Under the pieces are notes generated by a model. The model ran no database searches. It was not told where the DNA came from and saw nothing but the letters and a program-made list of their open reading frames with translations. Made by a program: the position numbers and the translations under genes. Shown here one piece after another: positions 1 to 9,686 of a DNA stretch of 64,000 nt. How positions within the stretch are numbered: the first letter of the stretch is position 1; every line of letters begins with the position of its first letter. The DNA comes from an uncultured Acidobacteriaceae bacterium (GTDB lineage Bacteria; Acidobacteriota; Terriglobia; Terriglobales; Acidobacteriaceae), in the NCBI GenBank assembly GCA_963770555.1, contig CAVYQC010000006.1, forward strand, positions 105,564 through 169,563, read 5' to 3'.

Positions 1-4
1 TCTT

Positions 5-1522
5 CTAAACTGCGGATTTCTTTGGCTCAATCTTCGGTCTCTCGGGAACCTGGGCCCGCAACTCCTGCATGCGATTCCACAGGCGCTGCTGCAGGGCGGC
101 ATAACGCGGATCGCCATAAAGATTCTTGGTCTCTCCGGGGTCCGCGGCCAGGTCGTACATTTCGAATTCCTGCGGCTCCAAGTGGTAATGGATCAGCTTC
201 GACTGTTCGGTGCGGATGCCGCGATGGGGACGCACGCCTTCCGGATTGGGCCATTCGTAATACTCGTAATACCATTCCCTGCGGAAGGACGGATCGGCGG
301 CCTGCGCCAGCGGAAGAATGCTTTTGCCCTCCATCTGCGCCGGGATGGGCACTCCGGCCAGATCGAGAAAAGTGGGCGCCAGATCGATATCGAGTATGGC
401 CTCGTCGCGGACCGTGCCCGCGGAGATGCGTTTAGGGTAGCGCACCAGCAGCGGCACGCGGATCGAGGGCTCATGCATCAGCCGTTTGTCGAACAAGCGC
501 CACTCGCCCAGGAAAAATCCGTGATCGGAGCTGTGCACAATCGCGGTGTCGTCGAGAATGTTTTTCTTTTCGAGATAATCGACGATGCGGCCGATGTTCT
601 CGTCCACGGCGACCAGGCCGGCGTAGTAGTCCTTTGCCACGCCTTCGAGCGAGCCGGTGGCCGGATGTTCCGGCGAGGTGCCGAGTTTATTCTTGGCATC
701 GACAAAGGCCGCGGGCTTTCCCGGATAGCCCTTGAGGTCGTCGTCGAAGGTAGCGGGCTTGGGGATGACCGTTCCGCGATACAGGTCGAAATGGCGGCGG
801 GCGCGGAAGAACGGCTCGTGTGGGGCAACGAACCAGACCAGCAGGCAAAAGGGCTTGCCGCTTTGGCGCGTCTCCAGCCAGCTTAGCGCGCGATCCACGG
901 CCAGATCGTCGGGATAGAAGTCTTCATATTGGCGCTCCTCGCCCACCTTGCCGTCGCGGCCTTCTTTGAACAGCGGATTCACATAGTTGTTGCTGGGACT
1001 GTTGTGGCCGAAATAATAATCCCAGTTGCGCTCTTCCACGCCATTGTGCAGGTGCACCTTGCCCACGATGGCGATCTCATAGCCGGCCTTCCGAAGCAGG
1101 TCAGTAAAGAGCGGAATATCGGCGGGCAATGGAAGGTCGAGATGCTCGTTGGAAAGCGCGCCGGTTGAGCGCGAATACATTCCGGTGAGCAGAGCGGCGC
1201 GTGCGGGCGCGCACAGCGCATTGGTGCAGAAGGCATTGCGAAACATCATGCCTTCGCGGGCGATGCGGTCGTGATGCGGCGTCTTCAGAATGGGATGGCC
1301 GGCGATCGAGAGCGCGTCGAAGCGCTGCCCCTCGCCGAGAAAGAAGACCAGGTTGGGCTGCTTCGGACTCGATTGAGCCGAAGCGAATGAGGCGCCGGCC
1401 AGCAGCGAGCCGGCAACGGCCACCGATCCCTGTAAAAACTCGCGCCGGGTTGTTTCTTTGCCGGCCTGATCCGCGGTCAGAGGCGCGTCTGCGTTGGCTC
1501 GAGGTTCCATCTCATGCGACAT
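5..1522 (-). CDS. Sulfatase (formylglycine-dependent S1 family), Tat-exported
   Basis: CAPAR (CxPxR) motif followed by AALLTG; SDHG metal-ligand motif; RREFL twin-arginine signal; GGAGAG RBS upstream. Confidence 0.92.
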   Translation of the reverse strand: MSHEMEPRANADAPLTADQAGKETTRREFLQGSVAVAGSLLAGASFASAQSSPKQPNLVFFLGEGQRFDALSIAGHPILKTPHHDRIAREGMMFRNAFCTNALCAPARAALLTGMYSRSTGALSNEHLDLPLPADIPLFTDLLRKAGYEIAIVGKVHLHNGVEERNWDYYFGHNSPSNNYVNPLFKEGRDGKVGEERQYEDFYPDDLAVDRALSWLETRQSGKPFCLLVWFVAPHEPFFRARRHFDLYRGTVIPKPATFDDDLKGYPGKPAAFVDAKNKLGTSPEHPATGSLEGVAKDYYAGLVAVDENIGRIVDYLEKKNILDDTAIVHSSDHGFFLGEWRLFDKRLMHEPSIRVPLLVRYPKRISAGTVRDEAILDIDLAPTFLDLAGVPIPAQMEGKSILPLAQAADPSFRREWYYEYYEWPNPEGVRPHRGIRTEQSKLIHYHLEPQEFEMYDLAADPGETKNLYGDPRYAALQQRLWNRMQELRAQVPERPKIEPKKSAV

Positions 1523-1614
1523 TTTTCAGCTCTCCCTGTGTTTGGCCCGATCCGTGCGGCATCGATCCGCGCGTGGTCTCCAGTTGCAATGCGGCACGGC
1601 GCAAACCCGCTTCG

Positions 1615-2802
1615 CTATTTCACGAAGATCTCAGGCGCGCGGCCCTTTTCTTCGCGCGCCCTGAACATGCCCAGAGTATTCGAGCTCCAGACCGGGTCTC
1701 CGCGCGGCGCGAGCACGATTACCCCGCCTTCGCCGCCTTTGAGCGCCGGCAGCTCCACGTGAATCATCTGGTCTGCCGCCTGCTGCGGGGTTCGGCCCTC
1801 CTCAACCAGCGTGCAGACCTCTCTGGCCAGCGTGAGGCGGATGAAGTATTCGCCAACGCCGGTTCCGGAGACCGCGCAGGAGCGGTCGCTTGCGTACGTG
1901 CCGGCGCCGATCAGCGGCGAATCGCCCACGCGGCCGGGGAGCTTGCCTTGCATGCCGCCGGTGGACGTGGCAGCAGCAAGATGGCCGTCGCTGTCGCGGG
2001 CCACCGCGCCTACAGTTCCGAAACGGTGGGCGAAGAAGTGAGATGCCGACGCAGCCGCTCCCGGCGGATTGCCCTGGGGCGGCGCGCCTTGCGGGCGCGG
2101 AGGAATGTGGCGGCGGCTGGCATTCATGATCGAAACAAACTCCTGCCAGCGCATCTCGGTGAAGAAAAAGGAAGGCGGCTGTTGCTCGATGCCTTGGGAG
2201 CGCGCGAAAGCGTCAGCGCCATCGCCGACCATCATCACGTACGGCGTACGATCCATGACCGCGCGCGCCAGCGCGATGGGATGCCGCGTGAAATGCACAT
2301 CCGCAACCGAGCCAGCGGCCAGCGTGTCGCCATCCATCAGCGCCGCGTCCATCTCGTTGGCGCCGTCGGCGGCGAAGGCCGAGCCGCGCCCGGCGTTGAA
2401 GAGCGGATCGTCCTCGAGCACCTCGACCGCTGCCTCGACTGCATCCAAAGCCTTGCCGTTGCGTTCAAGCACTGCCGACCCGGCGGCCAGCGCCGTGGCG
2501 AGGGAATCGTGATACGCCGCGGCGGTGGCCGCGTCCATGTGTTCCCACTCGTCTTCGCCGGCGCCGCCGTGGATGGCAATAGCCCATCCGCGGGACGCAT
2601 TGGCCGCATCGGCAGAATGCGCGCCGGCGGCCGGCGCGGCAAACGACGGAACAGTCCTCAAGATGAGCGGCGCGGCAAGCAGGCAGGCGAGAGCCAAGAA
2701 TCTCCGGCGAGCCCTGTCGATGCCGGCTCTTCTCTGCGCGCGGACCGATGGCTGGCGATGGATAAAATGACTCCACGCACAGTGTCGGAGGGACGGCTTC
2801 AT
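1615..2802 (-). CDS. Isoaspartyl peptidase/L-asparaginase (Ntn-hydrolase, asparaginase_2 family) with N-terminal signal region
   Basis: AIHGGAG, LEDDPLFNAGRG, GTVGAVA..AATSTGG (Thr nucleophile), GRVGDSP motifs. Confidence 0.92.
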   Translation of the reverse strand: MKPSLRHCAWSHFIHRQPSVRAQRRAGIDRARRRFLALACLLAAPLILRTVPSFAAPAAGAHSADAANASRGWAIAIHGGAGEDEWEHMDAATAAAYHDSLATALAAGSAVLERNGKALDAVEAAVEVLEDDPLFNAGRGSAFAADGANEMDAALMDGDTLAAGSVADVHFTRHPIALARAVMDRTPYVMMVGDGADAFARSQGIEQQPPSFFFTEMRWQEFVSIMNASRRHIPPRPQGAPPQGNPPGAAASASHFFAHRFGTVGAVARDSDGHLAAATSTGGMQGKLPGRVGDSPLIGAGTYASDRSCAVSGTGVGEYFIRLTLAREVCTLVEEGRTPQQAADQMIHVELPALKGGEGGVIVLAPRGDPVWSSNTLGMFRAREEKGRAPEIFVK

Positions 2803-2877
2803 ATCCCTGCAATCTTAACCCAGGGGCATGAGGCTTTCCGCTAGGCCTGCGAATGAGGAGAGAGATAATAGAAGTCG

Positions 2878-3927
2878 ATGACGGCCGACAGCGCGCAATC
2901 CGAAGGCAAGCAGCACGGAGAGGCTCAAGTTTCCCCTCCGGCGAAAGCGTGTTGCACTCCCCATGCGGCGCGCGCTCAAGATTCGGTCCGCCGCGGCGCC
3001 GGCGAATTCCACGGCGAAGGTGCGTCTCCGCATGCTGCGGCTGGCGGCCTTGCCGCGGAGGCAAAGCGGCCCGTGGTCCCGCTGCCCGGCGGCACGTTCC
3101 TGATGGGAACCGACTACGCAGACGGATTCCCGGCAGATGGCGAGGGTCCGGTGCGGCCTGTGATTCTGTCACCCTTCGCCATCGATGCCTTTCCGGTTAC
3201 GAATCAGGATTTCAGCGCCTTTGTGCGGGCCACGGGCTACCGGACGGACGCGGAAAAATTCGGCTGGTCGTTTGTGTTCTGGGCGCACATTCCGAAGCAG
3301 CGGTTTCGGAAAATGGTGGAGGACACGGTGGCCGCTGCGCCGTGGTGGTGCAAGGTATCCGGCGCCTGCTGGAGACACCCGGAAGGACAGGGCTCCAGCG
3401 TCGACGGCCGGCAGAAGCATCCGGCAGTGCATATTTCGTGGAACGACGCCGCCAATTACGCGCAATGGGCCGGTAAGAGCCTGCCTACCGAGGCGCAATG
3501 GGAGTATGCGGCGCGGGGCGGACTGGAGCAAAAGCTCTACCCCTGGGGCGACGAGCTGACGCCAGGCGGCAAACACCTCTGCAACATCTGGCAGGGCCGG
3601 TTTCCGGAGCGCGATACGGGGGAAGACGGCTACACGGGGCCGAATCCGGTGGACGCATATCCGCCCAACGGATTCGGGCTCTATTCGATCACCGGAAACG
3701 TGTGGGAGTGGTGCGCCGACTGGTTCAAGACCCGGTTCGCGGCCGCGCCCGCGCTGCGCGATCCATCCGGGCCGCGCACGGGTGAGGGAAAAGTGATGAA
3801 GGGCGGCTCGTTTCTCTGTCACGCGTCCTATTGCAATCGCTATCGCGTGGGCGCGCGGACGCAAAATACGCCGGACAGCTCTACGTCCAACCTCGGATTT
3901 CGCTGCGCCAGGCCGGCGCCTGCATAG
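2878..3927 (+). CDS. Formylglycine-generating enzyme (sulfatase-modifying factor 1)
   Basis: LPTEAQWEYAARGG, GNVWEW and KGGSFLCHASYCNRYR catalytic two-Cys motif; next to a CxPxR sulfatase. Confidence 0.92.
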   Translation: MTADSAQSEGKQHGEAQVSPPAKACCTPHAARAQDSVRRGAGEFHGEGASPHAAAGGLAAEAKRPVVPLPGGTFLMGTDYADGFPADGEGPVRPVILSPFAIDAFPVTNQDFSAFVRATGYRTDAEKFGWSFVFWAHIPKQRFRKMVEDTVAAAPWWCKVSGACWRHPEGQGSSVDGRQKHPAVHISWNDAANYAQWAGKSLPTEAQWEYAARGGLEQKLYPWGDELTPGGKHLCNIWQGRFPERDTGEDGYTGPNPVDAYPPNGFGLYSITGNVWEWCADWFKTRFAAAPALRDPSGPRTGEGKVMKGGSFLCHASYCNRYRVGARTQNTPDSSTSNLGFRCARPAPA

Positions 3928-4038
3928 TGTGCGCGCGGCACCAGGAAATGCTGGATAGCTTTCAGATGAACTGCAGGCTCGTCTTCGCCGGTGCATTATG
4001 GCGTCTTCGAGCCTGCCAAAAAGGGTCTGGACGGAGGG

Positions 4039-4063
4039 TTACGTAAACGTTATAGTTAACGTG
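4039..4063. promoter_or_regulatory. AT-rich palindromic operator-like site upstream of the fucosidase (LacI-type, central CG)
   Basis: ttacgtaaacgttatagttaacgtg contains the TTACGTAA palindrome and tAAACGTTAt. Confidence 0.4.
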
Positions 4064-4140
4064 CAATCTGCACCGCCGTTCGCCGCGTTTCCGGTGTTCC
4101 GGAGGCGGTTTGAATGTCGAGCGATAGAAAGAGGAACAAG

Positions 4141-5721
4141 ATGAATTTGACACGACGGCAGGCGCTGCGCCTGATGGGCAGCGTGGCGCCCGCGATGGCC
4201 ATACAATGCGGCCTGAGCCGGTCGATGGCGCAAGGATCCGCGAACTCGATCGAATTGACCCCAGGCAAATTCACCGGCTCCTGGCCGTCGTTGAAGGCCT
4301 ATACAATTCCCGACTGGTTTGCGGATGCGAAGTTCGGCATCTGGTCCCACTGGGGACCGCAGTCCGCCGTGGGCGATGGCGACTGGTATGCACGCAATAT
4401 GTACATGCAGGGATCGGAGCAGAATCTCTATCACGTGCAGCGATTCGGTCCGCCCTCGAAGGTAGGTTATAAGGACCTGATCCCGTTGTTTACCGCCGAC
4501 CGCTGGGACCCGGAAGGCCTGATGGACCTGTATGTGAAAGCCGGCGCCAAATACTTCTTCAGCATGGGCGTGCACCACGACAACTTCGACATGTGGAACT
4601 CGAAATACCAGCGGCGCTGGAATGCGGTCAACGCGGGCCCGCACCGGGACATCGTCGGGACGTGGTGTGCGGCGGCGCGGAAGCGCGGGCTGCGCTTCGG
4701 CGTGAGCGAGCATCTTTCCAACAGCTTCGACTGGCTTGCGCCCGCGCACCTGAGCGACTCGACCGGGCCGCTGGCCGGCGTTCCGTACGACGGCTCCGAT
4801 CCGGCTTACGCCGATCTTTACCACGACTACACGGGCGAACCCGCCGACTTTGCCAAGACCGCCAAAGCCATGGGCCGCGTGGCGCCGGACCGCTGGAAGC
4901 TCGAGTACTTCAACCGCATCAAGGACCTGGTGGACACCTACCAGCCCGACCTGCTCTACACCGACGGCGGCATTCCCTTCGAGGAGTACGGGCTGTCGTG
5001 CGTGGCCGAGCTCTACAACGCGGGTCCGGTGGATCAACGCGGCCAGACCGAAGCCGTGTACACGAGCAAGGTGATGAGCGATTGCGCGGAAGGCGTCTGC
5101 GTGCTGGATCGCGAGCGCGGCGTGGCCGGGAACATATGGCCGGCGCCGTGGCAGACCGATACCTGCATCGGGCAGTGGCATTACAAGGAGGGCCAGGTTT
5201 ACAAGACGCCCAAGAAGGTGATCGATCTTCTGGTGGACATCGTGAGCAAGAACGGCAATCTGCTTTTGAATTTTCCGCTGCCGGCCTCGGGCGAGCTGGA
5301 CCTTGAGGAGATGCGCGTGCTCGAAGGGATCACGGCCTGGATGAACGTCAACGACGAGGGGATCTTCCATACGCGGCCGTGGAAGATCAACGGCGAGGGT
5401 CCATCGATGGCGGTAAAAGTCGCGGAGACGGGCTTCAACGAGGGCAAGCAGCCCGACCTGGGCGCCGAGGACATCCGCTTCACCACCAAGGGCAAGACGA
5501 TGTACGCCTTTGTCCAGGGCTGGCCGCAACAACAGGTGACCATCCAGTCGCTGGCCGCCGGCGGCCCGCAGCAGCCGGAAAAAGCAGTGGACGTGCGCAT
5601 GCTCGGCCGCAACGAAGCGCTCCAGTTCACACAGGACGGGACGGGTTTGCACGCGAGACTTCCCGGCGAAAAGCCGGCCACCGCGGATCTGGGTATCACT
5701 TTAAAGATCAATTTCGTTTGA
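4141..5721 (+). CDS. Alpha-L-fucosidase (GH29), Tat-exported
   Basis: WFADAKFGIWSHWG, HHDNFDMWNS, YQPDLLYTDG, LVDIVSKNGNLLLN motifs; TRRQAL Tat signal; GAGGA RBS before ATG 4141. Confidence 0.93.
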   Translation: MNLTRRQALRLMGSVAPAMAIQCGLSRSMAQGSANSIELTPGKFTGSWPSLKAYTIPDWFADAKFGIWSHWGPQSAVGDGDWYARNMYMQGSEQNLYHVQRFGPPSKVGYKDLIPLFTADRWDPEGLMDLYVKAGAKYFFSMGVHHDNFDMWNSKYQRRWNAVNAGPHRDIVGTWCAAARKRGLRFGVSEHLSNSFDWLAPAHLSDSTGPLAGVPYDGSDPAYADLYHDYTGEPADFAKTAKAMGRVAPDRWKLEYFNRIKDLVDTYQPDLLYTDGGIPFEEYGLSCVAELYNAGPVDQRGQTEAVYTSKVMSDCAEGVCVLDRERGVAGNIWPAPWQTDTCIGQWHYKEGQVYKTPKKVIDLLVDIVSKNGNLLLNFPLPASGELDLEEMRVLEGITAWMNVNDEGIFHTRPWKINGEGPSMAVKVAETGFNEGKQPDLGAEDIRFTTKGKTMYAFVQGWPQQQVTIQSLAAGGPQQPEKAVDVRMLGRNEALQFTQDGTGLHARLPGEKPATADLGITLKINFV

Positions 5722-5761
5722 GCGCGATGCTCGCCGCGCGCGTGCCCGCTTCAATCGCGCT

Positions 5762-6280
5762 TCAAGCTTGCATCGCCTTGCGCAGCCGGCCTTCGGCTTC
5801 CGCGTTCCAATAGCCGCAGTCGAGTTCAAGGAAGACCGAGGTATAGGGAAGCGTCAAATCCGTTTTGATGACCAGGACCCGGAACATCTGCGCACATCGA
5901 TCGAGCCGGGCAATGATCTGCTCATGCGGAAGCTGCTTGAAGGATGCGCCGTTCAGGAGCCCATGAAGCTGGCGCCGGTATGCGGCGATGCCCGGCGCGT
6001 CGCGCTCCTCGACCAGATCGAGTTCGAGGTCAGTATAGATGCTGGCGCGGAGGCGTCCGCCGGCCGCAATGCGTTCCAGAACCGTGCGAAGCACGCGCAC
6101 ATGATCCATTTCGGCCGCAATTGTTTCGATTCCGGGGTTCGATTGCGCGGGATAGGCCGCATCGGCCACGACAATCCAATTGCGATGCCCAAAAACCGGC
6201 AATCTGCGATTCAATTCGAGCTCCCACTCCGGTGGAGCGGGCAACATCTCGGACTGCTCGATGGTGGTTGACGAAGCCAT
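5762..6280 (-). CDS. RbsD/FucU family sugar mutarotase/pyranase
   Basis: GHRNWIVVADAAYP N-terminal motif and KTDLTLPYTSVF C-terminal motif; inside a sugar catabolic operon. Confidence 0.75.
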   Translation of the reverse strand: MASSTTIEQSEMLPAPPEWELELNRRLPVFGHRNWIVVADAAYPAQSNPGIETIAAEMDHVRVLRTVLERIAAGGRLRASIYTDLELDLVEERDAPGIAAYRRQLHGLLNGASFKQLPHEQIIARLDRCAQMFRVLVIKTDLTLPYTSVFLELDCGYWNAEAEGRLRKAMQA

Positions 6281-6283
6281 CCT

Positions 6284-7342
6284 CTACTCCTCTCCCGGAC
6301 AGACGGCCACTTTTCCGCAACGGCCGGAGGCCATCAAGGCATAGGCTTCGCCCGCCTGTTCCAGTGCGAACCTGTGGGTGATGATCTCCTCCGGGTGCAA
6401 CTGCCAGCGAACCAGGCGCTCGACGAGTTCTTCCATCTTCCACGTGGAGGTGACCCACGATCCATAAATGGTCTTCTGATCGTGGATGATGTCGGGCGAT
6501 GGATTGAAGGTGACGGCGCCGCCTTCACCGATCATCACCATCTTGCCCCATTTGCGCGTGGCGCGAATCGCCGTGGCGCGCGCTTCAGCGTTGGCCGAGC
6601 AATCCACGGCGCGCTCCACGCCGTGACCCGAGGTCAGATCCCGCACCTCGGCCTCGTTGCCGGGGCCGGAGGCGAGCACAACATCGCAGAGTCCGAGTTG
6701 CAGGGCCAGGTCAAGGCGCTCTTTGGAAATATCGATGCCGATGATCTTCTGCGCGCCGAGCTTGCGGCAGAGCGCGCCGGCGGCAAGGCCCACCGGTCCC
6801 AGCCCGGTGATCAGCACCGCGTCGTTGCCGCTGATTCCAATTTTTTCCAGGCCCTCGTAGACGGTGCCGAATCCACACGCCACCTGCGCGCCATCGGCAT
6901 AGGATAAGACGCCGGGAAGAGGAATGAGATCCTTCTCTTCCGCGATCATAAACTCGGCCATTCCGCCGTCGCGCTGCCATCCGTAGGCGCGGCGATAAAC
7001 CGGGCTGGTGCAGGAGATCATGAATCCACGCCGGCAATCGGTGCACACCCCGCAGCCCGAGATGTGGTAGACGATCACGCGCTCGCCGGTCTTGAACCGG
7101 CGGCAGCCGGGACCGGTCTCCACAATCAGGCCGGCAGGCTCGTGGCCGGCAATTACGCCCTGATACCCCTCCGGACCTTTGCCCAGGTGCTGGTGATAAA
7201 TGCAACGAATGTCGGAGCCGCAGATCGTGGAAGCCATTACCTTGAGCAGAACCTCGCCGTGACCCGGCGCCGGCACCGGCACTTCTCTCATTTCCACGGT
7301 GCTGTTGCCAGGCAGGTATGCGGCTCTCATCGTTTCGCTCAT
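6284..7342 (-). CDS. Zinc-dependent sugar/alcohol dehydrogenase, similar to E. coli YphC
   Basis: AYLPGNSTV, ICGSD, GHEPAG, four-Cys structural Zn cluster, AYGWQRDGG, GLGPVG; GGAG RBS before ATG 7342. Confidence 0.9.
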   Translation of the reverse strand: MSETMRAAYLPGNSTVEMREVPVPAPGHGEVLLKVMASTICGSDIRCIYHQHLGKGPEGYQGVIAGHEPAGLIVETGPGCRRFKTGERVIVYHISGCGVCTDCRRGFMISCTSPVYRRAYGWQRDGGMAEFMIAEEKDLIPLPGVLSYADGAQVACGFGTVYEGLEKIGISGNDAVLITGLGPVGLAAGALCRKLGAQKIIGIDISKERLDLALQLGLCDVVLASGPGNEAEVRDLTSGHGVERAVDCSANAEARATAIRATRKWGKMVMIGEGGAVTFNPSPDIIHDQKTIYGSWVTSTWKMEELVERLVRWQLHPEEIITHRFALEQAGEAYALMASGRCGKVAVCPGEE

Positions 7343-7395
7343 TGGTCGGTCTCCGTTGCGATTCACGCCTCGAAAGCGCTTGGCGGCCCAGGCGA

Positions 7396-8439
7396 TCATG
7401 GGGGTGTGATCTCACCATGAGGATCCCAAAGATCCTCCCACGATTGGTTCTCCTTCCAGAGAAACACCTGCCCCTTGATCAGACGGCAATTGCGGTCGAT
7501 CCCCCGGATGGCTTTCATATCATCCGCGGTCAGCGGCTCGCTCACAACGGCACGCAGGTTGGGGAGGAGGTTGCGCGGATTGACGGAAAACGGGATGGGC
7601 GTCTGCCCGCGCTCGACCGCCCACTTGATGCACACCACCGCGGGGTGAACGCCGAGCCGCTCGGCAATCCTAAGAATCACCGGGTCCTCGGTTGGCGAGG
7701 AGTCATGCGGAGTGCGGTCGCGTGCCGGCCTGGCCGGAGAGCCGATGGGCGAGTAGGCGATGGGCTCGATTCCACGTTCCCGTAGGTAGGCGAAGAACTC
7801 CGGCTGCTGAAAGTGGGGATGAAGCTCCATTTCGTTGGCCGCCGGCCGGATGCGCGCATCTCTCAATACCAGCTTCATTTTCGGGATGGTCATGTTCGAG
7901 GTCCCGATGTGGCGGACCAGGCCGCGGTCCACGAGCTCTTCCATCTTTCTCCACGTCCGCATGTAGTTTTCGTGAATATACGGCACTGCATGGGGATTGC
8001 GCGCGTTCACATCGCATTGCGGCGGATGATGATTGGGAAAGGGCCAGTGCACCAGATAAAGGTCGAGGTAGCCGAGGCGAAGATCGGCCAGCGATTTCTC
8101 ACACGCGGCAATCACATCCTGCTCGCCGTGCTTGTCGTTCCACACTTTCGAAGTGATCCAGAGGTCCTTGCGATCCAGGCCGCTGCGGAACAACTCTTCA
8201 AAGGAGAGGCCGATACGATCTTCATTGCCGTAGACCGAGGCGCAATCGAAATGGCGGTAGCCCAGCGCGGCGGCGGATAGGACCGCTTCCGCGACAACCC
8301 CATGGGGCACGTGGTCGGAGCCGAAGGTGCCCATTCCGATGGCCGGAACGACCGCACCCGTAGCCAGACGCCGCCCTGGCACACGGGCTGGATCGACGGC
8401 ATCGGCCGCCGGTTGCCAGCGGCCTGTAACTTGAGGCAT
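7396..8439 (-). CDS. Aldo/keto reductase
   Basis: IGMGTFG, RHFDCASVYGNE, LWITSKVWN, YLDLYLVHWP, IGTSN motifs. Confidence 0.92.
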   Translation of the reverse strand: MPQVTGRWQPAADAVDPARVPGRRLATGAVVPAIGMGTFGSDHVPHGVVAEAVLSAAALGYRHFDCASVYGNEDRIGLSFEELFRSGLDRKDLWITSKVWNDKHGEQDVIAACEKSLADLRLGYLDLYLVHWPFPNHHPPQCDVNARNPHAVPYIHENYMRTWRKMEELVDRGLVRHIGTSNMTIPKMKLVLRDARIRPAANEMELHPHFQQPEFFAYLRERGIEPIAYSPIGSPARPARDRTPHDSSPTEDPVILRIAERLGVHPAVVCIKWAVERGQTPIPFSVNPRNLLPNLRAVVSEPLTADDMKAIRGIDRNCRLIKGQVFLWKENQSWEDLWDPHGEITPP

Positions 8440-8458
8440 AGAGACATCCTGGAGAAAG

Positions 8459-8472
8459 AGTAATCGATAACT
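8459..8472. promoter_or_regulatory. LacI-family-like operator upstream of the AKR-dehydrogenase-mutarotase operon
   Basis: agtaatcgataact, 12/14 palindromic with central CG, about 20 bp from the start codon at 8439. Confidence 0.5.
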
Positions 8473-8680
8473 GTAACGGCATAAGACTATGCGGGCAATT
8501 GTACTGTGTCAAGTGCGTTTCCAGCGTCACCTTCAGGGAAGGGCCTTCATTCTAGGGCACCGAGCCATGCATCCTGGCGCGGCGACGGAAGGTGCCAGGA
8601 ATCCTGGAAATGCCGAAGCTCGTATAATTCCCGGCGTGCCGCGGGACGGAAGAAATTCGGAAGATGAAGGCGGAGGTTCC

Positions 8681-9580
8681 ATGCGGAAAAGAGTTGTGCT
8701 TCTCCTCGCAGCTTTCCTGGCTGCGGCGCCGGCGTGTTTCGCGCAGGACAATCCTCTGGCGGGCGTGATCGACATTCACGTTCACTGCGCCCCGGACAGC
8801 GTGCCCAGGTCGATCGACGCCATCGACCTGGCGCGCATGGCAAAGAGCCTGGGTATGCGCGGCCTGGTGCTCAAAAACCATTATGAGCCGACCGCGTCGC
8901 TGGCCTACGTGGTGAGGAAAGAGGTGCCGGGGATCGAGGTGTTCGGCGGAATCGATCTCAACCTCACCGTGGGAGGAATGAACCCATCGGCGGTGGAGCA
9001 CATGGCGGCGATCACCGGAGGGTACGGGCGGTTTGTATGGATGTCGACCTTCGATTCCGAGGCGCAGGTGCGGTATTCGAAAGAGAACCGGCCCTTTGTC
9101 AGAGTCTCGCGCGACGGGCAGTTGCTGCCGGAGACCAAGCAGGTAATCGCGGCGATTGCCAGGCGCCATCTGATTATGGCCACCGGGCACAACAGCGCGG
9201 AAGACGGCCTGCTCTTGATTCGCGAATCGCGCGCCCAGGGCGTGGAGCACATGGTGGTGACCCACGCCATGGTCGCGCCCATCCACATGTCGATAGCGCA
9301 GATGGAGGAAGCCGCAAAGATGGGCGCTTATATCGAGTTTGTTTACAACGGGCTCATCGGCAAAGGCAAGGAGTTCGATTTCGCGGACTATGCGAAAGCG
9401 ATTCGCGCTGTCGGCGTGGAGCACTGCATTCTTTCGAGCGATATGGGGCAACCGGGGAATCCTCTGCACCCCGACGCACTGGTGGCGTTTTTCAAAGGCT
9501 TAAAAGAACAGGGGTTCACCCAGTCCGAGATCGATCGCATGGCGAAGGAGAATCCTGCCCGGTTGCTTGGCCTCGAATAG
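8681..9580 (+). CDS. Secreted amidohydrolase-fold protein (DUF6282-like)
   Basis: Signal peptide; DIHVH metal motif, LKNH, ATGH, THA, LSSDMGQ; GGAGG RBS. Confidence 0.78.
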   Translation: MRKRVVLLLAAFLAAAPACFAQDNPLAGVIDIHVHCAPDSVPRSIDAIDLARMAKSLGMRGLVLKNHYEPTASLAYVVRKEVPGIEVFGGIDLNLTVGGMNPSAVEHMAAITGGYGRFVWMSTFDSEAQVRYSKENRPFVRVSRDGQLLPETKQVIAAIARRHLIMATGHNSAEDGLLLIRESRAQGVEHMVVTHAMVAPIHMSIAQMEEAAKMGAYIEFVYNGLIGKGKEFDFADYAKAIRAVGVEHCILSSDMGQPGNPLHPDALVAFFKGLKEQGFTQSEIDRMAKENPARLLGLE

Positions 9581-9686
9581 CCGCGCCGGGGATTCGCGCC
9601 GGGCTGCCGCTCAAGACCGAATGGGTGCATCCAATCCCGGACCCGGCCCGGTGTGGCAACCTAGAAGCTTGGGGGAATTCGTCCTT

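Noticed and set aside
4039-5652. 537-aa minus-strand ORF
   Set aside because: Antisense shadow of the GH29 fucosidase; no recognisable motifs, typical of high-GC DNA
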